A DNA stretch of 64,000 nucleotides from Leptolyngbyaceae cyanobacterium. GTDB lineage: Bacteria > Cyanobacteriota > Cyanobacteriia > Phormidesmidales > Phormidesmidaceae. This document shows, piece by piece, positions 42,547 to 50,876 of this stretch (positions are counted from its first letter, which is position 1; every line of letters begins with the position of its first letter). The translations under genes were made by a program, and so were the position numbers. The notes under the pieces were generated by a model. The model was not told where the DNA came from and made no database searches. It was given only the letters and a program-made list of their open reading frames with translations. Location of the stretch: the NCBI GenBank assembly GCA_965263355.1, contig CBDHHL010000032.1:1568001-1632000 (forward strand), in the 5' to 3' direction.

Positions 42547-42599
42547 CTAATATATTTGTATATTAATTAAGTGAATATCAACTATTTGGATAGTACCCA

Positions 42600-43892
42600 A
42601 TGGTTTCATCAATGTCTGATAACGCTGGCGGCGTTCGGAGCATTAACTGGCGGTGGTTATTGTTGCTGCTGTTGCTAGCAGTCCCCGCTTTTTGGATATG
42701 GCGGCTTCGATTTCATTCAGCAGAAGTTGAGGATGTGATAGAGCCATTGCCCGTCCAAACCCAGGTGTTAAAGCAGGTGAGTGACTATCAAGTAACGCGT
42801 ACCTTCACCGGGGAAATTGTTGCTCGTCGCAGCAGCGACCTGGGCTTTGAGCAAGCGGGTACCCTGATAGATGTGCTTGTAAACGAAGGGGATCGGGTGG
42901 TTGCAGGCACCCCCCTGGCTCGACTAGATACTCGCAGTCTGGAGGCCCAGCGACAGCAGCTTGAAGCCCAACAGCGTCAGGCCCAGGCGGTTTTTCAGGA
43001 ATTACAGCGGGGACCGCGCCAAGAAGATATTGCCGCTGCCGCTGCCGCCGTTCAAGACTTGCAAGCTCAGCTAGCCCTGGCTCGCCTACAGCAGGAACGG
43101 CGTGAAAATCTCTACACCCAAGGTGCTATTTCCTTGGAAGAGCGAGATTCAGCGGTGTTTGGGGCCGATGCCCTGGAGGCGCGTTTGAATCAGACTCAAA
43201 GTCAGTTAAACGAACTGATGGCCGGTACCCGTATAGAACAAGTGAGTGCCCAGGATGCTCAGATTGATCAAATCGATGCCAACCTGAAAAATCTGGATGT
43301 ATCGATTGCTAAAAGCGTGATTTACGCGCCTTTTGATGGGCGAGTCTCGTTACGTTTGGTTGATGAAGGAGTGGTCGTCAGCCCAGGGCAATCCATCCTG
43401 CGCCTAGTGGAAGGAAATGCCCTGGAGGCGCGTATTGGGGTACCCAATCCCATGGCTAGTCGGATTCCCCTAGGTAGTACCCAGGCACTTGAGGTGAATG
43501 GGCAATCGTTTCGGGGAGAAGTGACGGCCCTGTTGCCAGAACTGGATGATGACAGTCAAACGGTTACCGTGGTGATGACATTACCTGGGGCAGCACAGCC
43601 TACCATTGGAGCAACGGCACGGCTGACGTTACAGGACCAACAAGAAGATGTCGGTTACTGGCTACCGACCAGTGCCCTCGTTGCTGGGGAACGAGGGTTA
43701 TGGTCAGCTTATGTTCTGAAAAAGCCAGAGGATGACACCGATGAGACTCTCTATCAGGTCTCTCGTCGAGAGGTGGAAGTGCTTTACACGGAAAGCGAGC
43801 GGGCCTTTGTGCGGGGGCTGTTACAGCCTGGAGAAGAAATTATCACCAGTGGGACCCATCGTTTGACGCCAGGACAGTTGGTTAAAAACTAA
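42600..43892 (+). CDS. RND efflux periplasmic adaptor (MFP)
   Basis: N-terminal TM, lipoyl half-motifs (V.EGD.V..G..LA.LD and I.APFDG), long helical hairpin. Confidence 0.93.
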   Translation: MVSSMSDNAGGVRSINWRWLLLLLLLAVPAFWIWRLRFHSAEVEDVIEPLPVQTQVLKQVSDYQVTRTFTGEIVARRSSDLGFEQAGTLIDVLVNEGDRVVAGTPLARLDTRSLEAQRQQLEAQQRQAQAVFQELQRGPRQEDIAAAAAAVQDLQAQLALARLQQERRENLYTQGAISLEERDSAVFGADALEARLNQTQSQLNELMAGTRIEQVSAQDAQIDQIDANLKNLDVSIAKSVIYAPFDGRVSLRLVDEGVVVSPGQSILRLVEGNALEARIGVPNPMASRIPLGSTQALEVNGQSFRGEVTALLPELDDDSQTVTVVMTLPGAAQPTIGATARLTLQDQQEDVGYWLPTSALVAGERGLWSAYVLKKPEDDTDETLYQVSRREVEVLYTESERAFVRGLLQPGEEIITSGTHRLTPGQLVKN

Positions 43893-43962
43893 ACCGTTTC
43901 CATGTCCAGCCCTGTCGCTCTGCCGTAGATAAACCTATAGGTTTCAACTTGGGCTTGGTTTA
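43890..43962 (+). repeat. 73-bp element, copy B (its TAA is the MFP stop codon)
   Basis: TAAACCGTTTCCATGTCCAG...GGTTTCAACTTGGGCTTGGTTTA. Confidence 0.85.
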
Positions 43963-44030
43963 GGTGATTTTTATGATGGCTAGTCGGAATCGACGTAAAC
44001 AGTATCCGGTGAGGACAATCTGGACCTATT

Positions 44031-47000
44031 ATGTTTAACCTCTTTTTTCGGAATCGGCAGCTTTTATTTTTGACCCTGACGCTGGTTGTTGTCTGGGGAG
44101 TCTCTTCATTTTTTACATTACCTCGGCTAGAGGACCCTGAGATTGCACAACGCTTCTCGACCATCACCACGATTTTTCCAGGGGCCAGTGCTGAACGGGT
44201 GGAATCTTTAGTTACTGACAGGCTGGAGGAGGAGCTGTCCACTATTGAGGAGGTTGAGGAGATTACCTCGTTGTCCAGTCCGGGGGTGTCATCTGTTACG
44301 GTAGAAATCAAGGAAACTGTTGCCAATATTGACCCTGTGTGGGCACGGGTCCGTAGCCAGATTGATGATGTAATTCCGGCACTGCCAGCTGGGGCTAGCC
44401 GCCCAGAATATGAAGATATCAAAGTCAAGGCCAGTGCCATGATTGTGGGACTGACTTGGGAGCTGGATGAACCAGTTAACTATACAATTTTGCGGCGGGT
44501 GATAGAAGGCCTGGAAATAGAGCTGCGGAACTTACCTGGAACGGACAGGGTGGAGCTATTTGGGGAACCGGACGAAGAGATTCAGGTGGAAATTAGTCAA
44601 GCGGATTTGCTGAGGTTAGGGATTAGCGCTCAACAGCTGTCGCAACAGATTGCCGCCAGTGATGCAAAAATTCCGGCAGGCGAGTTGCGCAGTCGTTCTA
44701 CTGAATTTTTATTGGAAATAGACAGTGCTCTGAATTCACTAGAGCGAATTAGGGGGATTCCTGTTCGCGTGGGGGCCGATGGACAGATTGCGCAGCTGGG
44801 AGATATTGCTCAGGTGAGCAAAGGGGTACGCACACCGGTGTCTGACTTAGCCCTAATAGGTGGGAAACCAGCGGTGGTGGTGGCCGCAACGGTGGAGTCT
44901 GACTACCGGGTGGACCAATGGGCACAGCAGGCAAGAACGGTGATTAAGGACTTTGAAGCTAATCTGTCAGATGGCTTGGGCATTAGCGTAGTACTCGATC
45001 AAAGTCAGTATGTGCAGCAGCGTCTGAATGGGGTGATTGGTAACCTGTTACTCAGCTCTGTTTTAGTCATCGGTATCTCGTTGGTGGTGTTGGGATGGCG
45101 GTCGGCCTTGATTGTTGGCATGGCGTTGCCGCTCTCCACACTGATGGTCTTTGGCAGCATGAAGGCATTAGGCATTCCCTTACACCAAATGTCAGTAACG
45201 GGACTGATTATTGCCTTAGGCTTGTTAATTGACAATGCCATCGTCGTCGTCGATGAAGTACGGGTGCATTTGCGACAGGGCAGTCATCCAGCTGATGCTG
45301 TGAGTAATACGGTAAAACATCTGGCAGTCCCCCTGCTGGCCTCCACCCTGACCACAGTATTGGCGTTTGTGCCAATTGCCACATCGCCGGGGGGAACCGG
45401 AGAGTTTATTGGCACCATTGGTAGTACGGTGATTTTGGCCCTAGTGAGTTCTCTCACGCTATCGCTGACCCTCATTGCAGCCTTAGCGGGTCTGATGTAT
45501 CGTTGGCGGCCATTGCGGTCTCAATCACAACACTGGTGGGTGGGCGGCTGGTCCCATGAGGAGCTCTCTCGTCTCTACGAAAACAGTCTTACGACCGTTT
45601 TTCGGCGACCCATGCTGGGGGTATTCATTGCCATGGTGTTACCAGTCGTGGGGTTTATCCAGTTTGCTAGTCTGCCACAACAATTTTTTCCACCGACCAA
45701 TCGTGACCAGTTTCAAATTGAGTTGCAGCGACCGGCTTCTAGCTCAATTGCAGCCACTCGCGCCCAAACGTTAGCGATACGCGAGCGGATTCAACAACAT
45801 CCAGCGGTCAAGGATATTCACTGGTTTTTAGGTGAAAACGCGCCGTCATTTTTCTACAATGTGGTGGGTAGTTTGCGCAATGCCTCTGAGTATGCCCAGG
45901 GCATTGTCCAGCTAGCGTCGACGGAGGATTTGCTAGGCACTATCCGAACGCTGCAAACAGAGCTGGATGGGGCCTTTCCTGATGCTCAGATCTTGGTGAG
46001 ACAATTGGAGCAGGGTCCCCCAGTTGATGCACCGATTGAGGTCAGTCTCTACGGTCCCAATCTAGAAGAGCTAAGGGCATTAGGTAATCAGCTGCAGCTG
46101 CTCTTATCTCAGTTAGATGAGGTTACCCATACGCGCTCTACGTTGACGGAATTATCTCCAAAACTTGCGTTAGCGGTGGATGAGGCGGTCGCACAGCGGG
46201 TGGGGTTGAGTAATAGTGAGATTGCATCCCAGCTCAGCATCCTGCTAGATGGTCAGGTAGGGGGCTCACTTCTAGAAGACACGGAAGATATTCCGGTACG
46301 AGTACAGCTACCGGAATATGAGCGAGGCGATCTGGCCAGTATTACGTCTATCGATTTGCTCAGCGCAGATGGCACAACGGTTCCCTTTTCGGCGGTGACG
46401 TCGGTTAACGTTCGCCCAGAGCAGAGTACCATTGCTCGACAAGATGGACAGCGGGTGAATACAGTGCAGGCATTTATTACGGCGGGGGCGTTGCCCAGTA
46501 TCGTCTTAGCTGAGTTTAAACAGGCCCTCGACGATCAAGGATTTGAGCTACCGACGGGGTATCGCCTTAGCTATGGTGGGGAGGCCGATGCTCGAGGGTC
46601 TGCGGTGGGCAACTTGTTATCGACCGTCGGCATTTTAGTGGTACTGATGACTGCCACCCTGGTGTTATCGTTTAACTCGTTTGCCTTAGCTGGATTACTG
46701 GCGGTGGTTGCATTGGCTGCGGTCGGATTGGCAGCAATGGCTTTGTGGGCGTTTAACTCGTTGTTTGGATTTACGGCTATTCTAGGCACCTTGGGATTGA
46801 TTGGCTTAGCCATTAACGATTCCATTGTTGTCTTAGCCGCTTTGCGAGAGCATCCCTTAGCCCGACAGGGAGATGCGGCTGCCATCCAACAGGTCGTGGT
46901 TAAGTCCACACGTCATGTAGTGGCGACGACGGTTACGACAATTATTGGGTTTACACCTCTATTATTGGATAATACCGGGTTTTGGCCACCGTTGGCGATT

Positions 47001-48146
47001 TCAATCGCTGGGGGGCTGGGGGGCGCAACGCTGTTGGCGTTATATTTTATCCCCTCTGCTTATTTGTTAATTTATCGCTCCAAGGTGGCAGCTGTAACCC
47101 CTGCAAACAGGGATTCAGAACCGTCTGTAAAACAGCCTTTGGAAAAACCTGTAGAGCCTGTGGAACAGCCACAACAGCCACAGCCACAGCAACGACAGCT
47201 AGCCCATAAAACAGCTCAACCGCTGTGGGCAAAGGCTCCAAGAAACTACCCTGGCATTGGAAAACCCCCGATAAACTTGCCTACGTCAACGGTGGTATCA
47301 ACATCACAGTGGGGACATGCCCAATTTAACCGTGAGCGATGGTTGATTGAGCAACTGCTGGAACAGGGGCACTGTCAACTGGCCTATGAAAAGGCACAGC
47401 GGCTGTTAGAGAATACTAAGGCAGTAGGAGCAGGGGCCTATCGCGAGGTGGACTATGATCTGGCCATGGCCTATAGCTTGATGGGACAGGTGCTAAAAGC
47501 TTATGAGCAGGCGGCCCTGGCCCTTGAATTTCTAGCAAAAGCGCAGCGATTGTTTGAGGCATTGGGAAGTCGGAGAGGGGGCATGGCTCCTGTCGCCATG
47601 TCTGTAGTACTGCATGAACAAGCAAACTGTTTTCAGGTGTTGGGTCAGTTGGAGCAGGCGGCTCAAAAATGTGCAGAGTACATAACCTGGAGTGAAAAAC
47701 TCAACAATGTACGAGGCGTGGCAGTTGGTAAAGCGAACCTGGCCGCGTTAAGAATTTCTCAACAACGATATGGGGATGCGATCGCACTCTATCAAGATGC
47801 CCGCTCCCTGTTTGAACAGCAGGATTCTCCCCTATTGGTAGCCGGTATCTGGTACCAAATTGGCGAGGTGCAAAAAAATGCCGGGGATTATGACAAAGCA
47901 GAAGTAGCCTATCTTCACTCCTTGAATATCGCTGTCGAGACCAACAATCTGGCCGGTCAGGCCAAGAACTTAAATCGGTTGGGCAATCTTTACAATGATG
48001 ACCTGAATCAACCGGAAGAGGCCGTGAACTTCTACCGACAGGCCGCTGATATTTATGGTGCGTTAGGGGATGTATCGTCTGAAACGGTAGTACGTAGGAA
48101 TATTACTAGCATATTGCAAAAGATTCAACATTATAATGAGACATGA
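44031..48146 (+). CDS. AcrB/AcrD/AcrF family RND permease with fused C-terminal TPR array
   Basis: LPRLEDP, PGASAERVES.VT, GLLIDNAIVV, LGLIGLAINDSIV (about aa 1-1015), then a P/Q linker and about 280 aa of TPR-like repeats. Confidence 0.9.
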   Translation: MFNLFFRNRQLLFLTLTLVVVWGVSSFFTLPRLEDPEIAQRFSTITTIFPGASAERVESLVTDRLEEELSTIEEVEEITSLSSPGVSSVTVEIKETVANIDPVWARVRSQIDDVIPALPAGASRPEYEDIKVKASAMIVGLTWELDEPVNYTILRRVIEGLEIELRNLPGTDRVELFGEPDEEIQVEISQADLLRLGISAQQLSQQIAASDAKIPAGELRSRSTEFLLEIDSALNSLERIRGIPVRVGADGQIAQLGDIAQVSKGVRTPVSDLALIGGKPAVVVAATVESDYRVDQWAQQARTVIKDFEANLSDGLGISVVLDQSQYVQQRLNGVIGNLLLSSVLVIGISLVVLGWRSALIVGMALPLSTLMVFGSMKALGIPLHQMSVTGLIIALGLLIDNAIVVVDEVRVHLRQGSHPADAVSNTVKHLAVPLLASTLTTVLAFVPIATSPGGTGEFIGTIGSTVILALVSSLTLSLTLIAALAGLMYRWRPLRSQSQHWWVGGWSHEELSRLYENSLTTVFRRPMLGVFIAMVLPVVGFIQFASLPQQFFPPTNRDQFQIELQRPASSSIAATRAQTLAIRERIQQHPAVKDIHWFLGENAPSFFYNVVGSLRNASEYAQGIVQLASTEDLLGTIRTLQTELDGAFPDAQILVRQLEQGPPVDAPIEVSLYGPNLEELRALGNQLQLLLSQLDEVTHTRSTLTELSPKLALAVDEAVAQRVGLSNSEIASQLSILLDGQVGGSLLEDTEDIPVRVQLPEYERGDLASITSIDLLSADGTTVPFSAVTSVNVRPEQSTIARQDGQRVNTVQAFITAGALPSIVLAEFKQALDDQGFELPTGYRLSYGGEADARGSAVGNLLSTVGILVVLMTATLVLSFNSFALAGLLAVVALAAVGLAAMALWAFNSLFGFTAILGTLGLIGLAINDSIVVLAALREHPLARQGDAAAIQQVVVKSTRHVVATTVTTIIGFTPLLLDNTGFWPPLAISIAGGLGGATLLALYFIPSAYLLIYRSKVAAVTPANRDSEPSVKQPLEKPVEPVEQPQQPQPQQRQLAHKTAQPLWAKAPRNYPGIGKPPINLPTSTVVSTSQWGHAQFNRERWLIEQLLEQGHCQLAYEKAQRLLENTKAVGAGAYREVDYDLAMAYSLMGQVLKAYEQAALALEFLAKAQRLFEALGSRRGGMAPVAMSVVLHEQANCFQVLGQLEQAAQKCAEYITWSEKLNNVRGVAVGKANLAALRISQQRYGDAIALYQDARSLFEQQDSPLLVAGIWYQIGEVQKNAGDYDKAEVAYLHSLNIAVETNNLAGQAKNLNRLGNLYNDDLNQPEEAVNFYRQAADIYGALGDVSSETVVRRNITSILQKIQHYNET

Positions 48147-48170
48147 TCTGAAATTTTGTTATACCTGACC

Positions 48171-49439
48171 ATGGGATCGGTTTATCGTCGAGGAAGTAAA
48201 CTTTTATGGGCTGCTTGCCTTTGTCTGCAGCTAGCAGCTTGTGGGGCGATGGCTGAGACCAGCAATCTCATATCCCAGCAAGAATTAGTCGCCCAAATTG
48301 AATCTGGTACTGCACCGCTAATTTTGGACGTGCGTACAGTTGAGGAATATGAGGCTGGCCATATTCCAGGAGCTACCAATATTCATTTCCGGGAAATTGG
48401 CAAGCGCATTGATGAGATTGATCAGAATGTTTCCATTGTGGTGTACTGCGAACGAGGAATACGTGCCAATGTTGCAGAAAGAACCCTACGGGAAGCGGGT
48501 GTCGATTCGATATTTCATCTAGAGGGAGATATTTCTCTATGGCGTGAGAATGATTTGCCCCTTGAGCGTGATAGTTCCTCTTCAAATTCAGCATTAATTT
48601 CAAACGTCTCTGAGTTAGAAGAATCTTTCGCAAACCGATGGATTGTCAGTGCATCGGAGGCAAAGCAACTTATTGAGCAAGGAGCAACGCTTTTAGATAC
48701 GCGAAAACTTGCTTTGACACGATTACAAACGTCCCTCTATGTAGACTGGCGACAATTTTCTCACCAGAACGCGGTTACTCGTGGCAGGCTACTAGATCAA
48801 GAAGCGTTGCTGACTCAGAGACTACAGGCCATAGGAATTTCGCAAGATAAACCTGTAGTAGTTTTTGCTAATCCACCCAGTGGCTGGGGTGAGGATGGTC
48901 GTATTGTTTGGATGCTGCGTACGCTGGGCCATTCCCATGTGGTGATGGTGGATGGTGGATTTAATGCGCTGCTGGATGCGGGGGTACCTGTGCAACAGGG
49001 TAGGAATAATGCACTGGATCCTGGAGATTTTGTGATTAAACGAAATCCTACTTGGGAGATCTATCGTGATCAACTAAAAGCTCAGCTGGGAAAGGAAGAT
49101 GTGGTGATTATTGACACCCGTGAAGCGAGGGAATTTGCTGGCAAGACTCCCTATGGAGAACAGCGGGGTGGCCATGTTCCTGGAGCCATTAATCTTTATT
49201 TTAAGGAGTTTTTAGGCCAAGATGGCAAGCTGCTGCCAGTGGATACTATTCGAGAAAAGCTTGAGAATGCAGGCATTACGCCCAACACTAAGGTTATTGT
49301 ATATTGTACAGGCGGTATTCGGTCAGGTTGGCTAACCGCCGTGTTAGCTACGCTAGGATATGACGTTAAGAACTATGCAGGTTCAATGTGGGAATGGTCA
49401 GCTGGGCCTGCGGATAGCTATCCGTTGGAAACATTTTAG
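48171..49439 (+). CDS. three-domain rhodanese/sulfurtransferase, predicted lipoprotein
   Basis: LAAC lipobox; LDVR..EEY..GHIPGA with VYCERG; then a tandem pair ending in GGHVPGA, VYCTGGIRS, NYAGSMWEW. Confidence 0.88.
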   Translation: MGSVYRRGSKLLWAACLCLQLAACGAMAETSNLISQQELVAQIESGTAPLILDVRTVEEYEAGHIPGATNIHFREIGKRIDEIDQNVSIVVYCERGIRANVAERTLREAGVDSIFHLEGDISLWRENDLPLERDSSSSNSALISNVSELEESFANRWIVSASEAKQLIEQGATLLDTRKLALTRLQTSLYVDWRQFSHQNAVTRGRLLDQEALLTQRLQAIGISQDKPVVVFANPPSGWGEDGRIVWMLRTLGHSHVVMVDGGFNALLDAGVPVQQGRNNALDPGDFVIKRNPTWEIYRDQLKAQLGKEDVVIIDTREAREFAGKTPYGEQRGGHVPGAINLYFKEFLGQDGKLLPVDTIREKLENAGITPNTKVIVYCTGGIRSGWLTAVLATLGYDVKNYAGSMWEWSAGPADSYPLETF

Positions 49440-49508
49440 GACTGTCCATCTCGAAGAGCCACATCTCCTACTGCTGGGCTTAATAGATAGTCAATAGATG
49501 ATTAGTCT

Positions 49509-49832
49509 TTAACCCTCATCATTATCATTAATGCTTTCTGCCCCAAGTTCTGTGTTGAGAGACTGAATCTGTTGGATAACTTCAATCAGCTTTTGGCCAA
49601 ATGGAGTTATGGAATATTCCGTACGGGGTGGCACCTCAGGAAACGTGTGTTTTTCCAAAAGGTCATATGCCATTAGCTTTCGCAGTCGTTCTGATAGTAC
49701 CTTTTTTGAAATACCGTTGATATGTCTTTCCAGAGCACCTGGCCGAGTAACACCATCGCTAACAGCGAGCAGGACAGATACTGACCATTTGCAGCCAAGA
49801 ACATTTTCAAGTTTTCGAGAGCCACTGTGCAT
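49509..49832 (-). CDS. HxlR family transcriptional regulator
   Basis: GCKWS..VL, GIS.KVL.ERLR.L, EVPPRTEYS.T..G. Confidence 0.92.
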   Translation of the reverse strand: MHSGSRKLENVLGCKWSVSVLLAVSDGVTRPGALERHINGISKKVLSERLRKLMAYDLLEKHTFPEVPPRTEYSITPFGQKLIEVIQQIQSLNTELGAESINDNDEG

Positions 49833-49872
49833 TTGTTAACTAATTTTTTCTCTAAATAGTTCGCTAAATTAA

Positions 49873-49904
49873 ACCAAAAGGTGCCTACCCCACCAAAAAG
49901 TGCC
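49873..49904. promoter_or_regulatory. direct repeat in the HxlR/thioredoxin divergent spacer (putative operator)
   Basis: ACCAAAAGGTGCC and ACCAAAAAGTGCC with a 19-bp period. Confidence 0.5.
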
Positions 49905-49999
49905 CTCTTTCTTAGATAGTTTACCTGCGTTTAATTTAAGCATAGGCGGGCATCGCCCGTAGGTGTACATCACCCAACATCTTAATCTAGGAAAGAATC

Positions 50000-50235
50000 A
50001 TGACTAAGACAGCTACTTTTTACCACGCCGGTTGTTCAGTTTGTGTTGCTGCTGAAAATAATCTGGCAACAGCAATAGATACGTCTCGCTACAATGTGGA
50101 GAGCGTGCATCTCGGCAATCATCAATCCCGTATTGCTGAAGCTGAATCAGCGGGCGTTAATCTGTACCAGCATTGGTTATAGACGGTGAACCCTTCCATA
50201 TCAATTTCGGAGCTACTTTGTCTGATTTGAAATAA
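50000..50235 (+). pseudogene. small thioredoxin/glutaredoxin-like CxxC protein, frameshifted
   Basis: FYHAGCSVC...AESAGV, then in a shifted frame SVPALVIDGEPFHINFGATLSDLK*; one base missing near 50159-50160. Confidence 0.82.
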
Positions 50236-50245
50236 CTAAAACAAC

Positions 50246-50283
50246 TCTAGCAGCATTTTCCATACGCTGAAAATACTGCTAGA
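50246..50283 (+). terminator. hairpin downstream of the thioredoxin-like gene
   Basis: TCTAGCAGCATTTTC ... GAAAATACTGCTAGA. Confidence 0.55.
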
Positions 50284-50330
50284 AGTCTCTAATAGCCCCG
50301 TTCTATGGTTAAATCTTGAGGCTCTGCACC

Positions 50331-50864
50331 ATGACTAAATTTCATCTGAGCACCGAACAGATGCTTCAGGGCGATTTCACCATTCAGCCTATCAATCTTA
50401 TGCTGATCTTTCAGATAAACTGTCCTGGATGTTTTATCTACGCTTTGCCCTTAGCGGCAAAGTTACATGAACAGTATAAAGACCGTATCAATGTTCTGGG
50501 TCTCTCTACTGCTTTTGAAGATTTTGAACTCAATACAGCAGAAAATACTAAGAAGTTATTGCAATCTGGCGAGATGGTCGGAGTCACTCGACAATATTTT
50601 TTGCAAGAACAGATTGAACGATATCGGGTGCCTCTAGAGTTTGCGATCGCATTTGATGTTACAACCTTTCACATCAATTTTCTGCCAGGAACCCCTAGCT
50701 GGGTTGTTTTTGACCAAGACTATAATGTGTTGGCCAGTTGGTTTGGACATAAATCTGAAGAGGAGGTTAAAAGCATTCTCTGTAAGCATTTAGGGAGTGC
50801 TACCAATCATCAACCATTGAGCAGTATGCATCAGTGCCACACTAGTAGGGATAGCGCAGCATAG
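50331..50864 (+). CDS. thioredoxin-fold redoxin (TlpA/peroxiredoxin-like)
   Basis: FQ.NCPGCF.Y.LP, LGLSTAFEDF, GTPSW. Confidence 0.8.
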   Translation: MTKFHLSTEQMLQGDFTIQPINLMLIFQINCPGCFIYALPLAAKLHEQYKDRINVLGLSTAFEDFELNTAENTKKLLQSGEMVGVTRQYFLQEQIERYRVPLEFAIAFDVTTFHINFLPGTPSWVVFDQDYNVLASWFGHKSEEEVKSILCKHLGSATNHQPLSSMHQCHTSRDSAA

Positions 50865-50876
50865 TTTTAATACTTA

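Noticed and set aside
43889..44440. 183-aa minus-strand ORF
   Set aside because: Shadow of the RND permease that runs through a repeat element; Ser/Thr-rich antisense composition.
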